Shown in pieces: positions 24,085-32,000 of a stretch of 32,000 nt of DNA. Location of the stretch: positions 1,680,001 to 1,712,000 of the forward strand of contig NC_013849.1 of NCBI RefSeq assembly GCF_000025505.1, in the 5' to 3' direction. The stretch's first letter is position 1; each line of letters begins with the position of its first letter. The notes under the pieces were generated by a model. That model made no database searches. It was not told where the DNA came from and was given only the letters and a program-made list of their open reading frames with translations. Source of the stretch: Ferroglobus placidus DSM 10642. GTDB taxonomy: Archaea > Halobacteriota > Archaeoglobi > Archaeoglobales > Archaeoglobaceae. The position numbers were made by a program, and so were the translations under genes.

Positions 24085-24462
24085 ATGAAATACGAGATCG
24101 TGTCGAAGCCGAGTTATTCCCTACTGAACATCACCCTCGAGAGAGGGGAAGAAGTTCTCGCTGAAGCTGGAGCGATGGTTTACATGAGAGGTGTCGAGCT
24201 AAAAACTGAAACAAGAGGTGGATTTTTCGGAGGAATTCATGAAGTGCAGGTTGAGGGAAGACTTGTTGTCGATACCGGACATATTGTCGCTTTTGAGGAC
24301 ACGCTGGACTTCAAAGTTAGAAAAGCTGGAAGTTTGAAGGCGACAATACTCAGCGGAGAGGGATTGGTGGCTGAGTTTAGCGGAGTTGGAAGAGTTTGGA
24401 TTCAGACGAGATCTATAGCTGATTACGTAGGCTGGTTATCCTCTTTAATGCCTTCGAAGTGA
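24085..24462 (+). CDS. AIM24/DUF124 (TIGR00266) family protein, apparently internally deleted
   Basis: 125 aa. The N-terminus (MKYEIVSKPSYSLLNITLERGEEVLAEAGAMVYM...) and C-terminus (VVDTGHIVAFEDTLDFKV...SGEGLVAEFSGVGRVWIQTRS) match the two ends of ~220-230-aa family members. The central ~100 aa are absent. Confidence 0.6.
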   Translation: MKYEIVSKPSYSLLNITLERGEEVLAEAGAMVYMRGVELKTETRGGFFGGIHEVQVEGRLVVDTGHIVAFEDTLDFKVRKAGSLKATILSGEGLVAEFSGVGRVWIQTRSIADYVGWLSSLMPSK

Positions 24463-24466
24463 TAGC

Positions 24467-25027
24467 ATGAGCGAAATAATAGTTGGTTCGGCTATAAGAG
24501 CAACTTACGTAGTTAGGGGAACGAGAGGAGCTCTGCTATGTCCACCTCACCCTCTAATGGGTGGAAGCAGGTTCGACGTTAGGCTCGAGAGAATTGCGGC
24601 GGAACTTCACAAGATCAATTATTCAACGCTGGCTTTCGACTACAGAACCCCCTTCAGAGGGGGTGTTGGTGAAATAGAGGATGCGAGAAGCTGTTTACTT
24701 TATTTAAAAGAGAGGCACGACTTCGTTGCTTTGATAGGCTACTCCTTCGGAAGCGTCGTAGCCTCTAACATAGCTGATGAAGCTGACGCCCTCGTTTTGA
24801 TATCGCCTCTCAAAAAAGTTAACGAAATAGAGTTGAAGGACAGTAGCGTTCCAAAACTGATAGTCATTGCAAGGTACGACGAAATCGTGAGTTTCAAAGA
24901 GTCTGAGGAAATAGCGGAAAGCCTTTCAGAGCCTAAAAAGGTTGTCATCTTGGATACCGACCACTTTTACACCGGAATGTACGTTGAACTCGCTAAGGAG
25001 GTGGCGAAGTTTTTGAGTGAAGTTTAA
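24467..25027 (+). CDS. alpha/beta hydrolase (COG2945-like)
   Basis: 186 aa with 'PPHPLMGG', the nucleophile elbow 'GYSFGS' and C-terminal 'DTDHFY'. It starts 4 nt after the AIM24 stop. Confidence 0.75.
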   Translation: MSEIIVGSAIRATYVVRGTRGALLCPPHPLMGGSRFDVRLERIAAELHKINYSTLAFDYRTPFRGGVGEIEDARSCLLYLKERHDFVALIGYSFGSVVASNIADEADALVLISPLKKVNEIELKDSSVPKLIVIARYDEIVSFKESEEIAESLSEPKKVVILDTDHFYTGMYVELAKEVAKFLSEV

Positions 25028-25072
25028 TACAAAAGGGATGGAATTCAGCAAAGTAAAAAATAGGCTTCTCAA

Positions 25073-25444
25073 TCACTTCAGTTCAGTCTCGTTCATCCAT
25101 AAACCGTGGATGTTGCAGTAGGAGAAGGCGATTAACTTTCCTCCTTTTTCCGTTTTGAACGTAAAATGAGCTACAGGTTCTGTATATACTCCGCTTGTAT
25201 TGGGTCCCTCTACTGAGGCTCCATGAGCTGCAAATTCAGTTCTACCTACCACATATGGGAATTTCTCCCCCTCTGGGTGGAAGATGAGTTCGATCCAAGC
25301 AATATGGTGTTCTGTAGTATTCGGATGGGGGATTTCCTTCCCAACGCTCACTTTGACTTCCACAACTCCGTTATCCCATTTTAAAACTTCTATAACAGGA
25401 ACATGCTTTTCTTTCTTCCAATCCGCTGTCTGAAGCAGCTCCAT
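25073..25444 (-). CDS. sor: superoxide reductase, 1Fe neelaredoxin type
   Basis: 123 aa with 'EKHVPVI', 'HPNTTEHHIAWIEL' and 'CNIHGLW'. Very close to my recollection of A. fulgidus neelaredoxin but not identical. AGGAGGTGATGAT precedes the ATG. Confidence 0.9.
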   Translation of the reverse strand: MELLQTADWKKEKHVPVIEVLKWDNGVVEVKVSVGKEIPHPNTTEHHIAWIELIFHPEGEKFPYVVGRTEFAAHGASVEGPNTSGVYTEPVAHFTFKTEKGGKLIAFSYCNIHGLWMNETELK

Positions 25445-25558
25445 ATCATCACCTCCTGCACAACTAAGAAGCAGTAATTAGTTATTAAATTAAAAATTTT
25501 GTGTTCGAATTTCGTATTGGAAAGTTTTATTAATGTCCTAACAAAAACAAGATTTGAA

Positions 25559-27445
25559 ATGGCAAACAGGTTGGAAAAGGCAAGAAGCCCTTACCTTAGA
25601 AAGGCGGCAAATCAGCCTGTGGATTGGTTTGAGTGGAGTGAAGAAGCATTTAAAAAGGCTAAAGAAGAGGATAAACCCATTCTTCTTTCTGTAGGTGGCG
25701 TGTGGTGTCACTGGTGCCACGTTATGGCGAAAAAATGTTTTGAGAACGAGGATATTGCAAAAATCATCAATGAAAACTTCGTTGCAGTTAAAGTGGATAG
25801 GGATGAGCGTCCCGATATAGACAGAAGGTATCAGGAGTTTGTTTTTGCAACTACTGGCACTGGAGGCTGGCCTTTAACAGTTTTCCTCACACCTGATGGA
25901 GAACCATTCTTTGGAGGGACGTATTTCCCTCCAGAGGACGGTTTCGGGATGATAGGTTTCAAAACTCTGCTTTTAAAAATCTCCGAAATGTGGGAGAAAG
26001 ACAGGGAGAGTCTGTTGAAATCCGCAAAGCAGATCGTAGAATCTTTAAAAAAATTCAGTGAAAGGGATTTCAGTTCGAATTTTGATTTTACCCTGATAGA
26101 AAAGGGAATAAAAGCCGTGCTGGATAATATGGACTACGTGAACGGTGGTATCGGCAGAGCCCCAAAATTCCATCACGCAAAGGCTTTTGAGCTTCTTTTA
26201 ACACATTACTACTTTACAAAGGATGAGGATCTGATTAAAGCTGTAGAGCTTACCCTTGACGCAATGGCTAAGGGGGGCGTTTACGATCAGCTTATTGGTG
26301 GCTTCTTCCGCTATTCAACTGATGATAGATGGCATGTACCTCATTTCGAGAAGATGCTCTACGATAACGCTGAACTTTTAAAGCTCTACACAATAGCCTA
26401 TCAGATCACCAAGAAGGAGCTTTACAGAAAAGTTGCTAAGGGGATTGTGGATTACTACAGAAAATTCGGAGTAGATGAGAGAGGAGGATTCTACGCTTCT
26501 CAGGATGCGGATATCGGCGAGCTTGAGGAGGGTGGATATTATATTTTTAGCTTGGAGGAAATTAAAGAGGTTCTAAACGATGAAGAGTTCAGGATTGCTT
26601 CTCTCTACTTCGGGTTAAGGGAGGGGAAGAACGTTCTTCACGTATCCTTAGATGAGAACGAGATTTCAGAAATTCTCGGAATCCCCGTTCGGAGAGTTAA
26701 GGAAATTATTGAATCTGCCAAGGAGAAATTACTGGAGGTTAGGGAAAGAAGGGAGACACCCTTCATAGATAAGACAATATACACGAATTGGAACGGATTG
26801 ATGATTGAGGCGATGTGTGATTATTACAAATCCTTTAACGATCCTTGGGCTGTTGAAGTGGCGGAAAAGTCAGGTGAGAGATTGTTGAAGTTTTGGGACG
26901 GGGATGTGCTTTTACACACGGATGACGTTGAAGGTTTTTCAGAAGACTACATTTTCTTCGCAAAGGGTTTAATTGCGTTATTTGAGATCACTCAAAAAGG
27001 TAAGTATTTAAATGCTGCAGTTGAAATAACTAAGAGAGCTGTGGATTTGTTCTGGGATCATAAGAGAGGAGGATTTTTCGACAGGAAAAGTAGTGGCAAC
27101 GGCTTATTGAGTCTGAAGGTGAAGGATATTCAGGATTCTCCTCAGCAATCGGTTAACGGCATCGCTCCTCTACTTCTTACAACACTTTCATCTGTAACCG
27201 GAACGGAAGAATTTGGGGCATTAGCTAAAAAATCTCTGAGAGCTTTTGCGGGAATTTTGGAGAAATACCCTCTAATCTCTCCCTCGTACATGATAAGCCT
27301 CTACGCGTATATTAGGGGAATTTACCTTGTCAAAACCAGACGCCATTTTGAAGAAATGCTCAGAACTTTCAGACCGTTTAAGTTTGTGATTAGAGATGAT
27401 TCGGAATTGGTTTGCGAGGGAAACGTATGTAGGAGCTTAAAGTAA
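25559..27445 (+). CDS. DUF255 thioredoxin-domain protein (YyaL/SSP411-like, with an (alpha/alpha)6-barrel-type C-terminal region)
   Basis: N-terminus 'SPYLRKAANQPVDWFEWSEEAF...WCHWCHVM'. The ATG at 25559 is preferred over the 20-codon non-ATG extension in the track. Confidence 0.85.
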   Translation: MANRLEKARSPYLRKAANQPVDWFEWSEEAFKKAKEEDKPILLSVGGVWCHWCHVMAKKCFENEDIAKIINENFVAVKVDRDERPDIDRRYQEFVFATTGTGGWPLTVFLTPDGEPFFGGTYFPPEDGFGMIGFKTLLLKISEMWEKDRESLLKSAKQIVESLKKFSERDFSSNFDFTLIEKGIKAVLDNMDYVNGGIGRAPKFHHAKAFELLLTHYYFTKDEDLIKAVELTLDAMAKGGVYDQLIGGFFRYSTDDRWHVPHFEKMLYDNAELLKLYTIAYQITKKELYRKVAKGIVDYYRKFGVDERGGFYASQDADIGELEEGGYYIFSLEEIKEVLNDEEFRIASLYFGLREGKNVLHVSLDENEISEILGIPVRRVKEIIESAKEKLLEVRERRETPFIDKTIYTNWNGLMIEAMCDYYKSFNDPWAVEVAEKSGERLLKFWDGDVLLHTDDVEGFSEDYIFFAKGLIALFEITQKGKYLNAAVEITKRAVDLFWDHKRGGFFDRKSSGNGLLSLKVKDIQDSPQQSVNGIAPLLLTTLSSVTGTEEFGALAKKSLRAFAGILEKYPLISPSYMISLYAYIRGIYLVKTRRHFEEMLRTFRPFKFVIRDDSELVCEGNVCRSLK

Positions 27446-27486
27446 CTCAGGCAAAACTTATATTCTTCTTATTCACTGACATCTTT

Positions 27487-28368
27487 ATGATACGTAAAAT
27501 CCTCCTACCCGTAGATTTCTCTGAATACTCTCTCATGTCAGTTGAATGTGGAAGGGACCTTAAGGACCTCGGAGCTGAGGAGATAGTTTTACTTCACGTA
27601 ATAGACGAGAAATTTACGGATCCTCTTCGATATTCAAAACCGGAAATAATTCAGACAATTGTAGAGAGTTACAGGAGAGAAGTTGAGAAAAAACTCAGAG
27701 AAATTGAAGAAAAACTGTCGGACTTCAAAGTAAAGATTAGAATAGAGTTCGGAGAGCCTGCAGAAGAGATTCTGAGAGTTGCTGAAGAAGAGAAAGTTTC
27801 CTTGATCTATATGAGCGGTAGAGGTGAAAGCTGGCTTCTACCAAGGATGTTTGGAGGTGTTGCAGAGGTTATTGCTGCATCTTCATTTGTCCCCGTTCTA
27901 TTCACGAAATTTGAAGTTGTTCAGGAAGCTGGAAAAAATTATTGCAAGATAACATTTTCAAGAATTTTTGATAAAATCTTATACGCAACTGATTTCTCGG
28001 AGACGGCTGAGAGGTTGAAAGACTGGATAGAAAGGATTGGAGAGGTTAGTAAGAGGGTAGACATTGTTATAGCTACTGGAGACTTGAAACCTGAGGAAGG
28101 GGAGAGTTTTGAAGATGCTTTAAAGAGGATTGAAGGAAAAGCATTAGATCTTAAAGAAGATTTGGAGAGTAAATTAAACGTTCCTGTCAACGTATTCATA
28201 ATCCCGGAAGAGGCGGGAAGAGCGATAATTGAGGTTGCTGAAAGAGAAAAACCAACTCTTATTGCAATTGGGGCTAACGGTATCGGTAAGGCGAAGGGTA
28301 TCGGAAGGACAGCTGACGAAGTTTTGAGAAGATCCAGATATCCCGTACTACTTTTCAAAGCGACATGA
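27487..28368 (+). CDS. tandem universal stress protein (2 x UspA domain)
   Basis: 293 aa with two Usp-like halves: 'ILLPVDFSEYS...LLHVID' and 'ILYATDFSETA...', ending 'VLRRSRYPVLLFK'. A TATA-like CTTATATTC lies ~20 nt upstream. Confidence 0.8.
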   Translation: MIRKILLPVDFSEYSLMSVECGRDLKDLGAEEIVLLHVIDEKFTDPLRYSKPEIIQTIVESYRREVEKKLREIEEKLSDFKVKIRIEFGEPAEEILRVAEEEKVSLIYMSGRGESWLLPRMFGGVAEVIAASSFVPVLFTKFEVVQEAGKNYCKITFSRIFDKILYATDFSETAERLKDWIERIGEVSKRVDIVIATGDLKPEEGESFEDALKRIEGKALDLKEDLESKLNVPVNVFIIPEEAGRAIIEVAEREKPTLIAIGANGIGKAKGIGRTADEVLRRSRYPVLLFKAT

Positions 28369-29152
28369 AAAATGCTTTTTACGAAATTTTAATTTAAGGC
28401 TGTGCTACTTTTTATACGCATATTTTTGAAGAAGGATTTCCCAATCTAGATAAGTTTGAACTTGCAGTAAAGGCAGCATATTCATCTCACCATCTATGGT
28501 TTATTAGAATGGGCGCGAAATAAATTACCGGTTTTTCTAGGCTTTACTGTAAAAAATAATAATTATGTAAAAAATCCTTGAAGCTTTTAAATTTGTTGTT
28601 GAAGATTATGTAGCTAAACATAAATCTGCTAAAAACTTTACTTTTTTGCACCCGGAGCAAGGAAGATTTATACAGAACTAAAAAGTGGAAAAACTAAATA
28701 TCAGGATTCACCAATTTTCAAGTTGAAAGGTGAAATAGTTATCGTGCCCGTTCCAGAAACGAGAGGAAGAGGGCTCGTGAAATTCAGGAGGAAGCTCAGC
28801 GAAATACTCGCAGAGTACAAAAGAGAGGAAAAGATGAAGGAGATTGAAATTGGAGATGTTAACATCCAGCGACAAGGGAAAACTAGAACTTATAGGTGTT
28901 AAGGAGGAATTATTGTTAAGGGATGGTTGTTAGAAGCAGCGAATAGAATCTTCTTTTTGATGTGAAGATGTGCAGTTAAATAAAAACAATTTATCTCTAT
29001 TAAATCTCGAAGTGTGCAAATCTGTGTTTAGGGAGAAAAAGAAATGTCGAAAGGGATCGAAAATTTTAACGTTATCTTCTTGAATCAGACTCATATTTAT
29101 AAGCTACGCGAAGACGCAAACGATATTAATTGCTCGAAATTTTAAACATTTC

Positions 29153-29836
29153 GTGAAAGCTTTCTTAGGCTCTCTCGGCTTTCTATCGACTCTACCCTTC
29201 GGAAGAGATCGGGAAAGTTTTGAAGCTTTTTTGGGAAATTTATGGGTGATGCCCTTAACCGGAGCGTTTTTGGGATTTTTAATTTGGGTTTTCGCTGAGA
29301 TTATGAAACTTGCCGGATTAAAACCTTTGATATTTTTGTCATACTTCTTCATCGAGGGGATAAACCACGTTGACGGTTTGTCTGACTTCTTCGATTCCGT
29401 TTTTGCGAGGGATAAAGCGAGAGCTTTGAAAGACACGAAAATCGGTGTCGGAGGAGTTGTTGCGGTTTCCTCTTACGTTGTAATCCTTTACGCTTTCATT
29501 CCGAAAGCTGAGCTAATTCATTTGATTTTAGCTCAGAGCTTTGCAAAGGCTTCCATGCTTCTGCTGCTTTTAAGAAACGATGCGGCTTGGGAAGGTATGG
29601 CAAAGGTTTTCAGAGATAACGTTAGGAGGAAGGATTACGCCGGTTTGATATTCCCTCTTCTACTTCTCTTCCCTTCTTTTAACTGGAAATACCTTTTGAC
29701 GATTTTCTCTTTTTTAGCTGTGACACTTTTAATTGAATCCTACTCGAAGAAACATTTCGGAGGAATCAGCGGAGATTTGCTCGGGGCTGCTAACTGCTTA
29801 ACGTTTTCTTCGGTGATCGTATGCTTGCAGTTGTGA
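29153..29836 (+). CDS. cobS: adenosylcobinamide-GDP ribazoletransferase (cobalamin synthase)
   Basis: 227 aa polytopic membrane protein with 'INHVDGLSDFFD' and 'IGVGGVVAV'. GTG start. Confidence 0.85.
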   Translation: MKAFLGSLGFLSTLPFGRDRESFEAFLGNLWVMPLTGAFLGFLIWVFAEIMKLAGLKPLIFLSYFFIEGINHVDGLSDFFDSVFARDKARALKDTKIGVGGVVAVSSYVVILYAFIPKAELIHLILAQSFAKASMLLLLLRNDAAWEGMAKVFRDNVRRKDYAGLIFPLLLLFPSFNWKYLLTIFSFLAVTLLIESYSKKHFGGISGDLLGAANCLTFSSVIVCLQL

Positions 29837-30360
29837 TGTGCGGAGGAAAGGGGAGCAGATTGAATTTCGTTGAAAAGCCTATGATAGAAGTTGGGGGTAA
29901 AAAGCTGATAGATTTTGCTTTGAAAGAGGTTGAAGAGGCTGGTTTGGAAGCGATTTTCGTTACTTCCAAATTCACGAAAAAGACAGAGAGCTACCTGAAA
30001 AATCTGGGATGCGAGGTTGTTAGAGGAACGGGAAGAGGGTACATGGAAGACTTGTTTTTTGCGATCGAAGAGTACTCGATCTCCAAACCTTTTCTTGCGT
30101 TGAACTCGGATCTTTACTACTATAAAAAAGGGTTTGTTTCCGAGGTAATTGCTGAGTACTTTAAAATAACATCTCCGGCTTTAAGCGTTAGATACGAGGA
30201 CGGAAGACCCGTTGGAATAAACGTATTCGATCCTTTTTTTGGTGAGCAGGAAGAGGAAATTTTTATTACAAGCGAAAAAGTAGTTCTTAACGTAGACACT
30301 TTCGAGGACTTAAAGGTGTTGGGATGGACGAGTACTTTGAAAGAAGGAGGAGGATGGTAG
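29821..30360 (+). CDS. cobY: adenosylcobinamide-phosphate guanylyltransferase, archaeal CobY type
   Basis: 179 aa with the N-terminal NTP-transferase loop '[11 protein letters not shown]'. It overlaps cobS by 16 nt. Assignment rests on motif plus context. Confidence 0.65.
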   Translation: MLAVVMCGGKGSRLNFVEKPMIEVGGKKLIDFALKEVEEAGLEAIFVTSKFTKKTESYLKNLGCEVVRGTGRGYMEDLFFAIEEYSISKPFLALNSDLYYYKKGFVSEVIAEYFKITSPALSVRYEDGRPVGINVFDPFFGEQEEEIFITSEKVVLNVDTFEDLKVLGWTSTLKEGGGW

Positions 30361-30971
30361 AGAAATTGAAGGAGGAGCTGAACATAAGCGATAGGGTAGC
30401 TGAAGCTATGCTAAAAGTTCCTCGCCACCTTTTTGTTCCGCCCGAATACAGAAGAGAAGCTTACAACGACTATCCTTTGCCGATAGGCTACGATCAGACT
30501 ATAAGCGCTCCTCACATGGTTGCGATAATGTGCGAGCTTCTTGATTTGAAAGAAGGAATGAAGGTGCTTGAGATCGGCACAGGAAGCGGATATCATGCGG
30601 CTGTCGTTGCCGAGCTCGTGGGAAAGAGGGGAAAGGTAATAACCGTAGAGAGAATTCCCGAGCTCGCTAAGAGAGCTGAAAAAACGCTTAAAGAGCTCGG
30701 ATACGATAACGTTATCGTTGTTGTTGGGGATGGGAGCGAAGGTTACGAAAAAGAAGCTCCCTACGACAGAATTTACGTTACAGCCACAGCCCCAGACGTT
30801 CCTCCTCCGCTCATCGAGCAGCTTAAGGAAGGAGGAAAGATGGTGATTCCCATCGGCAACTTTAGCCAGTACTTGTATTTGATCGAAAAGAAAAAGGGGA
30901 AAATAGAGAAGAGGAACATGGGTCCTGTTAGGTTCGTTCCCCTCATAGGCAAGTTCGGTTTCAAGGATTGA
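30324..30971 (+). CDS. pcm: protein-L-isoaspartate O-methyltransferase
   Basis: 'VPRHLFVP', 'ISAPHMVA' and SAM motif I '[14 protein letters not shown]'. An alternative ATG at 30354 sits just after GGAGGAGGA and would cut the overlap with cobY from 37 nt to 7 nt. Confidence 0.9.
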   Translation: MDEYFERRRRMVEKLKEELNISDRVAEAMLKVPRHLFVPPEYRREAYNDYPLPIGYDQTISAPHMVAIMCELLDLKEGMKVLEIGTGSGYHAAVVAELVGKRGKVITVERIPELAKRAEKTLKELGYDNVIVVVGDGSEGYEKEAPYDRIYVTATAPDVPPPLIEQLKEGGKMVIPIGNFSQYLYLIEKKKGKIEKRNMGPVRFVPLIGKFGFKD

Positions 30972-31010
30972 ATCAGTAGGATTTATAAACTTTGAACTTA
31001 AAAAAGCTTT

Positions 31011-31967
31011 ATGGAAACGCTAATTCTCACGAAAAGAGACGTCGAGAGTCTTTTAACGATGGAAGAGACGATAGCTGCTGTAGAGACTGCTTTTAGACTC
31101 CACGGAGAGAAAAAAGTTCAAATGCCTCCGAAGATGTATCTAACTTTTGAAGAGGGAGATTTAAGGGCGATGCCAGCTCAGGTTGGAAATTGGGCTGGAA
31201 TAAAGTGGGTGAATTCCCATCCGAAAAATCCGGAGAAAGGTTTGCCGACGGTTATGGCAGTTTTTATCCTCAACGACCCCTCTACTGGTTTTCCTCTCTC
31301 TATAATGGACGCGACTCACCTAACAAACATGCGCACCGGTGCTGCTGGGGCTGTGGCTGTGAAATATCTCGCGCCAAAAAATGCTGAGAGCGTCGGTTTT
31401 ATCGGGTGCGGAGTCCAAGCGAGATTTCAGTTTCTGGCTTTGAAAGAAGTTATGGACGTTTCTTTCGTCAGAGCTTACGATATAAGAAGTGAGACTACTG
31501 AAAACTTCGTCAACTTCGTCAAATCCTTTGGAGTCGATGCTGAAGTAGCTGAGGCTGAAAAAGTTTGCAAATGCGACGTCCTCGTAACTACCACCCCGAG
31601 CAGAAAGCCGGTGGTAAAGGATGAGTGGATCGAAGCTTTGCACATCAACGCCATAGGCGCTGACGCTCCCGGGAAACAGGAATTGGAGGAAAAAACGCTT
31701 CTAAGGGCGAAGATAGTCGTTGATGACATGGAGCAAGCTTTGCACAGCGGAGAAATCAACGTGGCGATATCCAAGGGAATCTTAAAGCCGGAAGACATCT
31801 ACGCAACTCTTGGAGAAATTGTGGCTGGTAAAAAGAAGGGGAGAGAGAATGATGAGCTGACGATTTTCGATTCCACGGGCTTGGCGATACAAGATGTTGC
31901 GACAGCTTCGGTTGTTTACGAGAAGGCTATTAAAGAAGGTTACGGAATCAAGCTGAGGATGTTTTGA
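31011..31967 (+). CDS. ornithine cyclodeaminase/mu-crystallin family NAD(P) enzyme (archaeal alanine dehydrogenase-like)
   Basis: 318 aa with 'RTGAAGAVA' and Rossmann 'GFIGCGVQARFQ'. The A. fulgidus alanine dehydrogenase belongs to this family; substrate cannot be inferred from sequence alone. A TATA-like ATTTATAAA lies ~25 nt upstream. Confidence 0.75.
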   Translation: METLILTKRDVESLLTMEETIAAVETAFRLHGEKKVQMPPKMYLTFEEGDLRAMPAQVGNWAGIKWVNSHPKNPEKGLPTVMAVFILNDPSTGFPLSIMDATHLTNMRTGAAGAVAVKYLAPKNAESVGFIGCGVQARFQFLALKEVMDVSFVRAYDIRSETTENFVNFVKSFGVDAEVAEAEKVCKCDVLVTTTPSRKPVVKDEWIEALHINAIGADAPGKQELEEKTLLRAKIVVDDMEQALHSGEINVAISKGILKPEDIYATLGEIVAGKKKGRENDELTIFDSTGLAIQDVATASVVYEKAIKEGYGIKLRMF

Positions 31968-32000
31968 TGAGGCTCGCGGCTTTCGTTTCTGGCGGGAAAG
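31967..32000 (+). CDS. 5' end of a PP-loop ATPase (Dph6/MJ0570-like N-type ATP pyrophosphatase), truncated by the window edge
   Basis: The ATG overlaps the upstream stop (TGATG). The first codons MRLAAFVSGGK match the start of the SGGKDS PP-loop. Only 11 codons are visible. Confidence 0.35.
   Translation, partial: MRLAAFVSGGK

Noticed and set aside
29000-29152. A cobalamin riboswitch or other leader upstream of cobS.
   Set aside because: I could not recognise the conserved B12-box or any convincing nested helices by eye. Such riboswitches are not an expected feature of archaeal cob genes.
1-32000. CRISPR arrays, IS elements, integrases, rRNA genes and prophage genes.
   Set aside because: No regularly spaced direct repeats, transposase or integrase-like ORFs, or rRNA-like sequence were seen anywhere in the window. 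The only tRNA is tRNA-Pro, and it has no adjacent integrase.

Overview
Gene-dense archaeal chromosome segment. By gene content and protein sequences it is most consistent with an Archaeoglobus-type euryarchaeon: 1Fe neelaredoxin, archaeal RNAP subunits K and N, CobY, the COG1900 homocysteine route and beta-oxidation clusters. This attribution is from recall; no search was run. Left to right the window holds: a MinD-like ATPase with a coupled small tail-anchored protein; a beta-oxidation block (etfBA, fused 3-hydroxyacyl-CoA dehydrogenase/enoyl-CoA hydratase, DUF35 plus thiolase, acyl-CoA dehydrogenase, PaaK-like ligase); a DUF1624 membrane protein; an in-frame MoaD-MoeA fusion; and a 0.9-kb non-coding gap. 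That gap carries a decayed DUF3368/PIN-like gene and a textbook archaeal C/D box sRNA that the ORF track cannot show. Next come the three-gene sulfide-dependent homocysteine module (COG1900+CBS, NIL-ferredoxin, COG2122) and an operon of an actin-like (ParM/Ta0583-like) ATPase, an RHH+Cys4 protein and an LLM/Mer-like protein. That operon is divergent from a coiled-coil 3-TM membrane protein, and I consider this module the best candidate for an undescribed system. After it lies the conserved L18e-L13-S9-RpoN-tRNA(Pro)-RpoK-enolase-S2 cluster, in which the rpoN stop codon lies inside the tRNA. Then come a ~1.6-kb AT-rich islet with two orphan genes (a secreted W/Y/D/N-rich protein and a small 4-TM protein), an internally deleted AIM24 gene, an alpha/beta hydrolase, superoxide reductase, a DUF255 thioredoxin-like protein and a tandem Usp. 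A 0.8-kb gene-poor spacer precedes cobS-cobY-pcm, an OCD-family (alanine dehydrogenase-like) gene and the first codons of a PP-loop ATPase. I saw no CRISPR array, transposase or integrase. All family assignments rest on motifs read by eye and recalled family knowledge, not on database searches.
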